Assembly (NCBI GenBank): GCA_045837725.1
Contig: JBEWZL010000258.1
Span: 1 to 63,817, forward strand
Source of the DNA: Vermamoeba vermiformis
Taxonomy: Eukaryota
Reading direction: 5' to 3'
DNA length: 63,817 nucleotides
In this document: positions 12,064-24,600 of the stretch, one piece after another
Position numbering within the stretch: the first letter of the stretch is position 1
Layout: the number at the start of each line of letters is the position of its first letter
Notes under the pieces: model-generated
Seen by the model: only the letters and a program-made list of their open reading frames with translations
Database searches by the model: none
Told to the model about the DNA's origin: nothing
Program-made: the position numbers and the translations under genes

Positions 12064-12945
12064 CAATCAGAGTTTATTTAATGGAATTGGGGCGTACGTA
12101 TCTTCTGAAATATGCTTCTGGTTGCTTGAACTGAAAGGTATTTTAATTAAACCGGATTTGCGATCTGTCGAATAATTTATTAAGTACTAGGTGTTCGCCC
12201 TTGGACTAATTTTAGATCATTTTGCGGCCAATCTGCAGAAAACCTGGGCTGCTTGATTCGTATCATCCGCGTATATCTACAATTTATGGAAAAATACATA
12301 GCAACTCACGGCTCTGAATCCACATGCATCAACTACAATGAGTGGAAATGGCAAAACTTTCGTGCCGTATTTTTGCGAGTTTATAGACAACCAAGCGTAT
12401 ACCGATCTGGTCAACGAGTGAAGATTCAGAAATTCTCGTTCGGATTAACGAAAGCAGGCAGCCAAGGAATGAAAATAACTCGCTCTAAAGCTCAATGTTT
12501 TACTCCTGAACTCAGCGAGGATGAGATACCGCCAGCGAGTTGGTCAGAAAAGCGGGTGAATCTGATCGGCAGGAATTCCCTGGGTGTTGGTTGGTTCAGT
12601 TGGTTTGGCGCAGTGGATCGGAAAATTACTCTGGAAAGCGCCCAAAAAGACGTACGTAATAAGTAACTGTTACAGTATTCTTATGAAGTTAACTACTTGA
12701 AGGCGATCCAACTCCGACCAACTTCGAAAGATCTGCTTTTTGGTAAAGAAAAGTCTGAGGAATGCTACAGTAATTTCGACGACGATATGGAAAGCGAGGA
12801 AGATTGCGACTTGAGTACGGAAGAACAAGCCCAACGGAATGACAATAAGCCTGAACCAAAGGAACCGAAGAAAAGAGAATCGCAACGCAAGCGAATAATA
12901 AATCGCCTAAATAAAGAGATGGCTGAAATTGTCTCGCAAAAATAA
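12058..12945 (+). pseudogene. Second Fpg/Nei H2TH-like paralog, 5'-truncated
   Basis: INQSLFNGIGAYVSSE and NEWKWQNFRAVFLRVYRQPSV..R..LGVGWFSWFG align with the 629-1240 copy (NERRWLEFRSLFIRIYRQPSV..R..IGVGSFNWWG). Confidence 0.65.
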
Positions 12946-12951
12946 ATTTAT

Positions 12952-13930
12952 TTAATAACTTGAATCAGTGACAGAGTCAGACTCATATCCCCACGCCGAA
13001 GGAGAGTCACCAATAGTTACGCTGAACATACATGTTTGTGCCTCGCTATTTTGGAAGGTGTGGCTCGTAATAGCGGTCTGTTTGTAATTTGAATATTTAC
13101 TCCTCGTTGAACTTCGCTGAATTACAGCGTCACTACGTAATACTGGATACAGAGTTTGGTTCGCGTCTTCTTGAATTGATTGAGTTACGTTGTGGCTAAA
13201 TATTTGTTCGAAAAATACACCTTTTTCATAAAGCATTCTGCCGATCTGCCTTTGCTTTTCATTCATGAGACGAAAAGCCCTTTCGATATTATCTTCAACA
13301 TCGATGGACTCGATGGAGTAATCTTCTCTGGTTGCTGGCCTCACCTCGATCTGCAATCGTATTAGTATTAATGACAAGTATCGTTTGCAACAAATATTAC
13401 CTGAAATGCACCATTTGTGAGAACAACGTGATAAAACCTATCCAGGCTCGTTTCGAATAAGACCTGTCTATTCTACGGTCAGTAGTTACTATGGGTTAAT
13501 GAAAAGATCTTACCTCATTTTCTCCAGTTGCGCTCCTGGCCTCGTTTGCTTGGGTCGAGCGCTTTTTAATATTGAATTTACGACGCAAAGTCCAAACCAG
13601 TAGCCCTCACGAGTGCATTGACTAATGTTAACTCGAAGATCGGATATGTTCACGCCTGAAAATAGTTTAGTGCTAACATTTCATCGAAATAATATCAATA
13701 AATACTTACTTAAATTATTATATTGTTCTTTTGCAAGTTGCTTGATTTTAGAAAGACCGATCGACGTCAAATTTGATATTCCCAGTGGACTAATTAGCAA
13801 CTGGCAGGTTTTGACGTCAAACAATATTCTGTGCTCCTTAAAATATCTAACGGTGTTAAAATTGAGTTTTGATTAACCTACACTTACGTGTAGTCCTGAT
13901 CGAGTGACATGTCAAAATAATTTTACTCGT
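12952..13930 (-). CDS. Hypothetical 'GYWF' family protein, copy 2 (multi-exon; start uncertain)
   Basis: EHRILFD..GISNLTSIGLSKIKQLAK and GYWFGLCVVNSILKSARPK align with 9019-9982. Confidence 0.55.
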
Positions 13931-13972
13931 ATCCCGATGAATCTTTAATGAAATCAACGAATAGCAACACCC

Positions 13973-14382
13973 ATGCAACACGGCGACGAATCAAAGGAAA
14001 CTAATCCCGAACAAACACAAAGTGAAAGCAACTCAACCTCCAACGTCACAAAACAAATCGAATTGCTTGATTATTATAATAATATGTGTATTGATCGTGT
14101 AGCATTCAGCAGACTTGTTTAGTAAGTGAAATAATTGCGGCAATTATTGTGAGTTGTAAGATCTTACGCGCATCTCTAAATTTATTTTGCAGTGAAATTA
14201 CTCGTTCAGTTAAAGACGACACCCGCTGGAATGGCGATGCTCTATTAATTTTACACGTTATATCCGAGCAATTCCTTGTTGAGTTTTTCGAACTTTGTGG
14301 GATCAAGGCGACTACAGAAGATCGCGTTACGATTACCGCTGCAGATATAAAATCATTTATCAAAACACAGCAGTATTTGTAA
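13973..14382 (+). CDS. Second divergent H3-like histone-fold protein (start uncertain)
   Basis: LFCSEITRSVKDDTRWNGDALLILHVISEQFLVEFFE..RVTITAADI resembles H3 (DLRFQSSAV.ALQEA.EAYLV.LFE..RVTIMPKDI). Confidence 0.6.
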
Positions 14383-14754
14383 GCCTCTGATTTACATTAT
14401 ACACAAAATAAATTTGAGTACGATTTCTGGACATAGAGCTCGGTTGCCGTACTTGCACCTGACAAGAATACCACAATTTATATTTCGTGGACCAGCATCA
14501 TCTTCGTGCGCATCTACATTTTTCATTATCCCACACGCCACCACGTTAGCACAACAGCGCAACAACAGAGCAATTTCGTGAGATCGGCTTTTGCTCATGT
14601 AGTCGCATAATTGCTCGTTCAAATAAATGTAAGTTCATTAAACCGACTTGGAACATTTTTTTACGAACGGATTGACATCTTGAATCCGTTCAAACACGAC
14701 AGATCATTCATTTTAAATTTTAAAAAAAATCCCAAAGTATATCGTACTGTTAGC

Positions 14755-15062
14755 GATGCTGAGAGGGTCTCCAATGACCCGTTGGCAGAGTTATAATGGT
14801 ATGAATTTGAAGCGATCTTGCACGAAGTTTATCAAATTTTTATTCCGTTTAGATTTAAATGACAACCAAGTGTAATGCTAGTATCAATGCTGAGAGGGTC
14901 TCCAATGACCCGTTAGCGGAGTTATTAAGCGTGACACTTTGCGCTGTCTATCCGGATTTATCTGGCTGCTTTTCGAGCAGGCTTGAAGAGAGGGTCACCA
15001 ATGACCCGTCTAATAGCCCAACAGAGTCTAAGTCTTGCGGGGAGGGTCGCCAATGACCCGTC
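14755..15062. repeat. Four copies of palindrome gagggtc-N6-gacccgt
   Basis: Copies at about 14761, 14892, 14988 and 15041. Confidence 0.85.
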
Positions 15063-15179
15063 TGCATGATTGTGACCTGATCGCTTGAGTTGTGACAGAT
15101 TTGATCCGTTCTTTAATCAATTAATTTAATAAATATACGACAAGAGATTGCTGGTTGGATCTTACATGGTTCTTGATTT

Positions 15180-16290
15180 AAGGACTGCGATAATCTTCTT
15201 GTGCGCGGTGATTAGACCGTCCAGAAGTTGGACGGTCAGATGCTAGTTGCGAATTCGCCCAGATCTGGGAATTTGCAACAAGCAATGCCCTACAATAAAT
15301 CAATACGTATCGATGGTATTACCCGATGTGTACTTACTCCGTTTCAACGCTTCGACGCGTGTCGCCGGGTCACTCAATAGTGAAAATTGTTTAGCTCCGG
15401 ATTCAAATTTGAACAATACTAAATTATGTTATTCATATTTAAGTGCTGCTTTCATTTAATTGATCTATATTAGTTGTTTGTACTTACCTGTAGCGCGATC
15501 GATGCGCACCAACAACTTCTTTCCTGATCGGGATCCGCGACGGGTTATCTATGGACCCCAGTTCCACATCATTTTTCTACATAATAATTATTGTCAATAC
15601 ATTGTTGGAATAATTCTTAACAGGGACCACCTACTTTTAGAGTAATTGATGTTCTGTATTAAAACTTTGATGGATCGAGACAGGCCGAATCTCGATCTCA
15701 CTCATGCACTTCAAGGGTCGCTGCGACGCATAATAACCTGCAATCATGTTAGAGGTAGTACGCTAACCGTTTTTATACATACTTAGACTGCTAATCACTG
15801 CATTAACGGAAATTATAACACACCAGATCGCGCGTCACCGAATTCACTAATGTTTTCCTCAGACCCTTGTACTAACAAATAAACAATGTTAGAACTTCAA
15901 AACAACATATATAACTAATTGACTTACTTTTAGCTCGGTCCACGCAACGTTGCATAAACTCGATCAACGAGGGGCAGGGATGTCAGCGGTAAAAGCGAAG
16001 ATGTACTAATTCTAATAATATTACAGAGTTAGTAAGTATTAATATATTATAATAATAAGCATTAATTACTTACTAATTGACGGCTGCTAATTTTCTCGCT
16101 GAGTGTCTTTGTCACGGTCGCAATGGGATTCGTGACCGTTCGTTTCCAATACAAGGGACACATTGACTCATCCTGAGAAGAGGTTTGTTAGTAGTGACCG
16201 GTAATAATGTATTTATGGACTTATACGGACTAAGAGGACTTGCGACTGCGCAGTCGATCGTGCGCCGAGTTGAGGTCGTCTGAGAACACT
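15180..16290 (-). pseudogene. Degenerate multi-exon gene remnant of unknown function
   Basis: Regular gtaagt..ag intron pattern on the minus strand, but exons contain stop codons. Confidence 0.3.
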
Positions 16291-16439
16291 GCACTGACCA
16301 CGCGCAAGCACGTATGAACTACATTATATTGTATAATAAATAAACCGAGAACCAACAAAAAAGCGTAAATTACGAGCACTAGGCTCGATCTGATAATTTT
16401 GAGTTTAACTTGAAAATTTAAAATTGAATTTACAATAAA

Positions 16440-18330
16440 ATAATAATATGATAGGTGGAAATATTATAAGTATTACCTTTAATAATCTCGGTCACTGCAC
16501 CGGAGATTCGCACGACTTCGGATTGCGCTCTGAGTCTCGCGCTGGAACGACGCTGCTTGCCGTTTGGCGCGTGTTTAATATCAATTATAACGATATTAAT
16601 AATAATAAATCGACCCTTGTGGTCGATCTGACGCGAATCCAAGTTCGCATCACTTTTCATCCAAATAACTCGCGCTGAACGGCCGTCGCGACCGTGGCGC
16701 GTCACTGTCTGCTGATAATATTCAATGAATAATAATATTTCGACCCTTGTGGTCGATCTGTAAACTTTTAAATAATAATATTTAAACTGACACGCGATTC
16801 GAATTTGTTCTAATCCGACATAACTCGCGCTGAACAGCGGTTGCTGCTGTGACGCGTTACTATCTGCTGTTAATTCATCAGAAGAATATCAATAACTCGA
16901 CCCTTGTGGTCGATCTGTCGCGTGTCTATTATTGAATTAGAATTGATCGAGTTTTCGAAAATGCTGCCATCTTTCGTTAATAGTGCATTAAATTCAATGT
17001 AATATATATACAGCCTATAACTCAAAACATCCATAATATCAAAAATTTAATTTCCCGATCGGTTTTGATCTTATCGCATCAAAGTGCCTGTAATGGCTTG
17101 CAGCCTTGTCCGAGCTCATATGAGTTTTATTGTTTAAATAAACGAACAACCATCGGTGTAATTGAAAGGCAAAGCAAGCAGCTATGATCTCACCCAACTG
17201 CTATCCAAGGAAAGGCCATAATATGTTTCTTTAAAGAAAAATAAACAAATAATTCTACTCTTTTGGCCGATGATACGTTGATCTCAACTTTCTAGAAACT
17301 AAGTGTAATTGGGTATCTTTAGCCGACCTACGCAACGGTCACTTCCTGATTTGGTCGGCCGCACACGTGTCTGCCAAATATTGCTGTTCTGTGTTGGGAA
17401 ATAACCTGGCACGGCCAAATTTTCAGTGAAAGGTATCAATTGACACGTGTCACACTCCGGGCATCCCGGTCCCGTTCACAAATCTATTTCCAAACCCTGA
17501 CACACGCAACAGGATCGACCACAAGGGTCGCACTGTTTATTGAATGGTTCTTTACAATATAATAGCACGCGCCAAACGACTCTCAGCGTCGTTCCAGTGC
17601 GAGACTCAGCGTACGATCTTCAGTCGTGCGAATCTTGGTGCAGTTTTAAGTTATTTCTATCACTTGGTCGATCAATTATTGATTATTTATTGATTATTAG
17701 ACCTGTTAGTGACACGCCACGACGCCAACGTCGTTTCAGCGCGACGTATTTCGGATTAGTCAAATTCGCACGCGTCAATTTTAGAAAGTATTTTTAAACC
17801 GAAGACAGATCGACCACAAGGGTCGATTTATTTATTTGTTGGTATTACAACGTTGTAATTACAGCTGACAGTAACGCGCTGTGGCATCAGAGCCGCTCCA
17901 GTGCGAGTTATTTCGGATCAGAGCTGATGCGAAAATGGCGCACTGGCTATTTCGCATCAGTAATTCAACAGAACGACCACAAAGGTCGTTATATTTATTT
18001 ATTATTGTTAATGAACAACAGATAGTTACGCACCACGGCCACAACGGCCGTTCAGCGCGAGTTATTTCGAGGATTGGCAGTCGCGAACTTGGATTCGCAA
18101 CAGGTTGGCCACAAGGGTCGATTTGTTTATTTAGATAGCTTATTGTTTATTAGCACACACGCGCCAAACGACATTCAGCGTCGTTCCAGCGCGAGACTCA
18201 GCGTACGATCTTCAGCAATCCGAAGTCGTGCGAATCTCGGTGCAGTGACCGAGATTATTCAAGGTAATAATTTTTCATTAATACAGCCACCAATTAACAT
18301 CATTATAAGAATTAATAGTTGTTTTAATTT
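16440..18330. repeat. Large modular imperfect inverted repeat (arms ~16440-16930 and ~17510-18330)
   Basis: 16482-16574 is the reverse complement of ~18154-18259; cgacccttgtggtcgatctg (16611, 16741, 16898) is mirrored at ~17513, 17806, 17970 and 18105. Confidence 0.9.
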
Positions 18331-18759
18331 TTAAAATTACGGCTTTGAACTCAATTTTTACTCTTTATTCTAATCCAACCAAATATTTACTTAATTATGG
18401 TTTTATTAAAATTACAATATACTAACACATTATTGTCAATGTACAGAAACCTGGCACGATGCGCGATCAAATCTGTCCTCGTTCAGCATCGTAAGTTTTT
18501 GAATTTAATAATTATAGCAATGCGTTAATTTCGATATTTTATTAATTCCTAATAGGCGAGAATTAAATGCCTGCACCATAATGATCGCCTTTGTAAAAGA
18601 ACGAGCACGCAGCATCACGTAAGTATTAATCTGTTCATTTTATTATTTACGTTACTAAGTAATTTGAGCACTAATAATTTAATTAGCATATGAAGTAATT
18701 GGTGTTATGACACGATGCTTCTACATCCAAGTCTGCATGCTGTCTTGGTGTTTTGCTCG

Positions 18760-20563
18760 TACCGTCCAGTTATTGGACGGCCCTTCGTGCCGCACCCTTG
18801 ACACAACACCGTCCAGTTATTGGACGGTCCTTCGTGCCGCGCCCTTGACACAGCACCGTCCAGTTATTGGACGGTCTCCTCAGCGTGGCTCGCACCGTTC
18901 TCGCACTGTCTAACACTTGGACACTTCAAACGATGCTCAATGATGGTGCACGGGGTAAGTTTTTTGATTTAATTTATTTTAAAATCAAATGCGTGGTATC
19001 TAACCTTTTTGTTCTCGTAGCACTCCTGGCCTGATTTTGCTTGCTTACAAGCGTGCACTTGTATATTTTCAAAGATGATTCCTAGCACTGGTAGGCTTGG
19101 CTGAAGTTGGGTAAGACGCTCTGAATTTTAATTGACTTTAATTCACTAATCGATCAGTTCTCTTTCACAACAGCTGTGTGGCTCGCACCGTCCAGTTATT
19201 GGACGGTCTCTTCTGTGGTTTCTTGGAGCGTGGCTTGCACCGTCCAGTTATTGGACGCTCCCTTCAGTGCCACGCCTTGACACAACACCGTCCAGTTGTT
19301 GGATGGTTCCCTCTGCACCGTGCCTCAGTTCGACACCGCCCAGTTATTGGACGGTCCCTTCAGTGCGTGCCGCACTGTCCAAGTCTTGCTTGGCTCAAAC
19401 CGTCCAAATTCTGGACGCTTTTTTTAGTGGCTTGCACCGTCCCCTCTGCCCTCAGTGTGCCACCGTCCAGTTATTGGACGGTACCCTCTGTGCCGCACCC
19501 TCACGTCACACCGACCAAGTGTTGGAGGTTTTGTTGGTGCATTGCTCGCTGACACCATCATTCAGTGCCACCATCCAGTTATTGGATGTGGCTCCTTCTG
19601 CGTCATGTCCCTTCTGTGCCGTCCCTTCAGCGTGCCACCGTCCAGTTATTGGACAGTTCCCTCTGTGCTGTGCCTCAGTTTGACACCGTCCAGTTATTGG
19701 ACGGTCCCTTCAGTGCTAGCATGCATCTTGGATGCTTGGCTCAAACTGTCCAAATTCTGGACACTTTATTGACTGTAAATAAAGTTTTATTTTTGAAAAC
19801 AACTCCTTATTGTTTGACAGGGTGTGCATGCGCTGTACAGTGTGTGAGGGGGTGTACAGCACGCTACACAGGGGTGCAAGGGGGTGTACAGTGTGCTGTA
19901 TGGGGAAAAAACCTAGCCCCAGCCCTAAATCCTATAAAGTTCACTTCTTTGGACTTAGTTTTTTTTAGGGGTCGGTTTCACGTGATACCGCCCCTTGTGG
20001 GACTTAGTTTTTTTCAAGGGTTGGTTTCACATGATACCGGCCCTTGTTGGACTTTTTTTTTTTTTAAACCTTTTGTGACTTTGTTTTTTTAACCTTTCCT
20101 GTAGGACTTTATCTCACAAGCCTTCACCTTGCCTTTGTCTTGCAGCCTTGCTCTATGATACCTTTGTACACAATTGTAAATTTTAAATAAAAGAATATTT
20201 AATCCCAGCTTTGGTTTATTATTCTCTAGAAACATTGTACAACAACAATAATAAATTTGAATAGGCTTTATTTAAGTTTATTTACTGTGCCATTTTGAAT
20301 ACATAAAATAGAATTTTCAGTCAAAAGTTTAACAAAAAATGAGTTTAAGAGCTCTTTCGCAAACTCGCACCGTCCAAGTCTTGGACACTTTATTGGTCAT
20401 ATCTTGCTCCGTCCAGTTATTGGACAGTCCCAGTGCCTAGCTCGAACCATCCAAGTTTTCGACACTTGTCTCAAACTGTCCAAATTCTGGACGCTTTTTT
20501 TCCAGCACGGCTCGACACAGTCCGCTCTGCCCTCAGTGTGTCACCGTCCAGTTATCCTGGACA
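18760..20563. repeat. Array of ~20 palindromes accgtcca-gttat-tggacggt with related 17-45 nt spacers
   Basis: About 15 copies in 18761-19765, ~5 degenerate copies in 20369-20563, and a lone copy near 15217. Confidence 0.9.
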
Positions 20564-20939
20564 TGTTTGTAATTATAATAAAGTTTTGTATTTAAAAACT
20601 TTTATTGGGTTTATGCTTTCCAGGGGTTCAAGGGGTGTACAGCATGCCATACGGGGGTGTGAAGGGGTGTACAGTGTGCCGTATGGGGGTTCAAGGGTGT
20701 ACAGTGTGCTGTATGGGGGGAAAAATCCTAGCCCCAGCCCCAAATCATTTAAAATCAGCTTTGATGTGGCATTCAAACGGTACGTGCTTCATGGCAACGG
20801 TTTCAGTACTAATCCCATCGAAGATCTTGACAATCAAGCCACACCAACTGCAACACTGCAAAAGAAGCACAAGTACAATAAGAAGTTCCGCCGCATGGCT
20901 GAAAGACATGCAAACAAAATGAAGCTCAGTTAATCTTCC

Positions 20940-21357
20940 TGTGCTGGTCACGCTCTCAGCCCTCCGTGACCTGCTGGTCACGCTCAGTCTCTACCCTTGT
21001 GACCTGCTGGTCATGCCCTCAGCACTCCGTGACCTGCTGGTCACGCTCTCTCTGTCACCATGGCCAGGAGGTCACGCTCTGTCCCTGTAACCAGCCGGTC
21101 ATGCTCTCTATCACCGTGTCCAGGTGGTAACGCTCTCCCTGTCCCTGTGACCGGCTGGTCACACCCTCCCTCTGTGGCCAGCTACTCTCTGCCTTGGGTC
21201 ACACACCCTCTGTGACCAGTGGGTCACTCTCCATACCTGGTCACACCTCAGTCTGCCCCCGTGACCTGCTGGTCACACTCAGTCTCTGCCCTGTGACCTC
21301 TCAGCCCCTGTGACCTGCTGGTCACGCTCTCAGTCCCTGTGACCTGCTGGTCACGCT
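20940..21357. repeat. ~30-bp-period array of palindrome gtgacc-tgct-ggtcac
   Basis: More than 12 variably degenerate copies. Confidence 0.9.
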
Positions 21358-21642
21358 TCTGTCTGTGGCCCTGTAATATTGGCCTTGCCTAGCAGCTGGG
21401 TTGTAGCTGCAAAAATAAAGCAAAATTTAAGGAAACCTGGTTTTTTTTATTTACCCTAAGACCCCTAAGCCCTAAAAGGCTATATAATAAAGAAATAACT
21501 GGTAAGTAAACTGGGACAGAGGTTAGTTGTGGGCCAAAACAACCAAAACATGAAAGCTAACACACTCTAAACCAAAAACAAAAACATGAGTGGCATGTGG
21601 CTTCATCCACATGAAAGTGTTCTTTATCTGCCTGCTAGCAGT

Positions 21643-24600
21643 TTACAGCCACCTACAAACAAAAAGGCTAAAAGTCAATAGAACCCAAGCACCAAAAACG
21701 TGGGAAGCAGCAGATAGTTGTCCTGCAGGTTGATGAACCACTCCAGGAGCATTGGCTGTGGGTGAGGCAGAAGGTGCTATAGGAACATAAGTAGAATCAG
21801 TCCAAACCAAAGAAGTAACTGAGTGAGGTGGAAGTGACAACGAATAGCCAGAAGCAAAGTCTGATTTAACTTGGCTATTAGTGGCAACTGTGTCTGATAC
21901 TTCATTGCCATCAGTAGGATTATTGGATGACAGTTGATAAAGGTTCAATGTTGACGTTGGAGTAGTGGGAGTATTCACAACAACATTGAGGCTTTGAGTA
22001 CGGTGAAGGTTGAACACAATGAGCGACCACTGACCATTGCCCGATGAAAAGGCAAAGCTGTGGATGTAAGGAACCGAAATCTCAGCAGTGATCGAATTGA
22101 TGTTGGTCTGTGTCCACGAAGGATTGTCGCCAGCTTGCGTTGTCGTTATTAGCTTTGACAACATCGCTCTGTTCACCAGGGTGTTGGCTAGCCAAGTAGG
22201 CCGCTTAGTTCCCAAGCCGCTCAAATCTCGCATCAAGCCCCAGACACGGGCAAAAGAGCAAGTTGGGTAGTCGCACTGGAACGGGTAAGCTGAGCCGTCG
22301 TACAAGAAAGAGTAACCCAAGAACGAGAAGGCACACGACGGTTGGGCTCCATAATACTGGAGGTAGTTGAGCATCGACCATGGTAAATTAATGCCGCCAG
22401 CTACACCAGTCATCCAAGGATTGCGCACTGACGGAGGAGGAGTGCCAGCAGTAGCATCGGTGTAGTGAAAGTTAATCTCGTAAATGGCCATTGTCGTTCC
22501 GTGACCTTTGTCAGCAAGGATCTTTGCAGTTTGATTGGTATTGCCTAATGTGCGTTCTTGATAAGGAAAAGCGTACAGAGGCCCGTAAGAGTTCTCGACG
22601 GTGTCGTAGACCTGGAGATTTCCGAAGTAAGGAGCCAGTGCCAAAATGTCGTGTTGATCTGCGTTACTCTCAATGAGTTCGTTTTGCCCGCTCCAACCAG
22701 CTTGACCGCCAATCACCAGCTTGATCTTGTTGTTGAAGAACGTGCTTTGACGCATTTTGTAGAACGTGAAGTTCGCAGCTTTGCCGAGATTAGTGCCACC
22801 CATCGACGCACCACTGTTAAAGTAGTTAGTGTAGTCCAAACGTATTATTCCGTCCGTACCCAAATGGATCGCTTGGACTACCTGAACCCCACAATTCGTT
22901 GCCGTACTCCAAGTAGATATTCTTAAAAACTGACGTCCAAGGATCTGCTTGCCCGCGCGTCTTTCGCCAGCTTCCCCAGTTGCTCGAAGCATCACCAGCC
23001 AAATACTCAATGAGACCTTGAGCCTCATCGGGGAAGAATGTAGGGGGAACGACGTACCACGGATCTGACACGTAGTTAATCGCTGGCGTGAGACATTAAA
23101 TAATATGATTACCTGCTCCGATTTCCTGACAGAGAACTAAAAAGTCGTGCAGAGAAAATGTGAAGTCGCTCAAGTATTGGTCACTATTATAAGTTAGTAT
23201 TTCTTTGACACGTGCCAAGTCGACTACTTACGAAGGCTTGTAACCGTGTGTCGTCCTTGCCAATTCAAAATCAAGCTCGCTCTTTAAACTAGCACCGAAC
23301 TGACCGCCCCAATAGCGCAGCACACCAGGGTTGTATTCCTTGAGTAGATTAACAACACGATCGGTGAAGACAGTTGGATTTGAATCTCCGTCTTGAACGA
23401 GCGACAAGTCATCTACAAGTACTGAAGTGCCATCCGCTGCACACGAGAGCAAGTTAGCATTAAACATCTGTTAGTTAAGTACGCGTGCTCGCTTACACTT
23501 GGAGATTGAGATTTCAACCAGAGGCCGCTGACAATTCGGCCAATTTTGGCACGGACCAGTCGGAAAGAACGGCTTGTCGGCGTTCTGAGGACTAATCGTA
23601 AAGTGCTCGGTGATTTCTTGCCAGTTTGTGTTGTCGAGTGTGTAGGTCTTCTCGAAAAATGCTACACCACCAGCCCACTTTTCACGACCAAAGAAGAACG
23701 TAAACTTCTCGCCAGCAGCGTTTGCTGAAGTGAATTGGTAAAACTAGGAGTAGGAGATTAGATTCGTCGTACCTTTGACCCAGAAATTCAAAGTCCAAGT
23801 GCCGTTGATCAACAACGAGCGGCCTAAAGTGTAGTCAACGTCTCTGTAGCCACCGTCGTAAAGTGCAACCCAGCGCTAGTAGTCAAAGATGAGACGGAGT
23901 GGTTAAATAAAGCTATGTACCGTTGGCGTGCCGGCGTTAGCATCAATGACAATAGACTGCTTTCCGAGCGAGTTTGGCCGCGGATCAGAGCTAGCAAAGG
24001 TCGAAGGAAACTGAGATTTGACCGCCATGACTGTAAAGATATGTCACATTTCAAATCTTCTCAGCGAATGTGGTTACTCACCGTCGTTAGCTTGTGGTGC
24101 ACTAGCAAGAGTAACTGAAAGAGTAAATGTATTCTTGCCGCTTGTTTGAGCGAATGACGTGATGGTGCCGGATACACCTGACAAATATTTGGATGTTAGA
24201 TCGTAATTCCGAACTCGGTATCTTTACTCACCTTGGTTAGCACCCGTAAGAAATAAAAAGCTAGCACCGTCCCAGAATCCATTAGGCTGCGCGTCACTTG
24301 TCCCCCAAGCAGCTTGAACAAATACTTTCGTGGTAGATGTCGCATCTGCGAGCATTATTGTTGCTTTCTCGCGAGCTTCGAATCCTCCATTATCAATCAT
24401 CGTTTTCATCATATGAGAGCCAGTTTCCCTAATTAACAATCGTTAAATCGGAGGTAAATCAGAAAAAAACAAATCAATTAAATATGAAGATTCAAATTAA
24501 GTAGCGTCACATTTGCAGGATGAGTATTAATATTTTGTCTTACCTTCCACCTAAATTTAAACCCAAGCGGTAAATATCGGATTGAATCGTAGTATCGATT

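Larger units (their letters stand above)
12064..21488. mobile_element. Putative large element, unit B (Nei-like, GYWF and H3-like genes; large inverted repeat; palindrome arrays)
   Basis: Gene set parallels unit A; ends in the related motif ccctaagccctaaaaggctatataat at ~21463-21488, just before ordinary host genes. Confidence 0.45.

Noticed and set aside
15930-16010. FTADIPA motif resembling CACTA/Plavaka-type transposases
   Set aside because: Too short, followed by a stop, and the flanking Cys motifs are absent.
18760-19765. True CRISPR array
   Set aside because: Spacers are mutually related and irregular in length, there are no cas genes, and the context is eukaryotic.
18707-20981. Overlapping ORFs (TVQLLDG / PSSYWTV / HRPVIG repeats)
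   Set aside because: Open in all three frames simply because the repeat unit lacks stop codons.
77-21488. Assignment to Helitron, Polinton/virophage or LTR element
   Set aside because: No Rep/helicase, pPolB, capsid, integrase or RT motifs, and no diagnostic termini were recognised.
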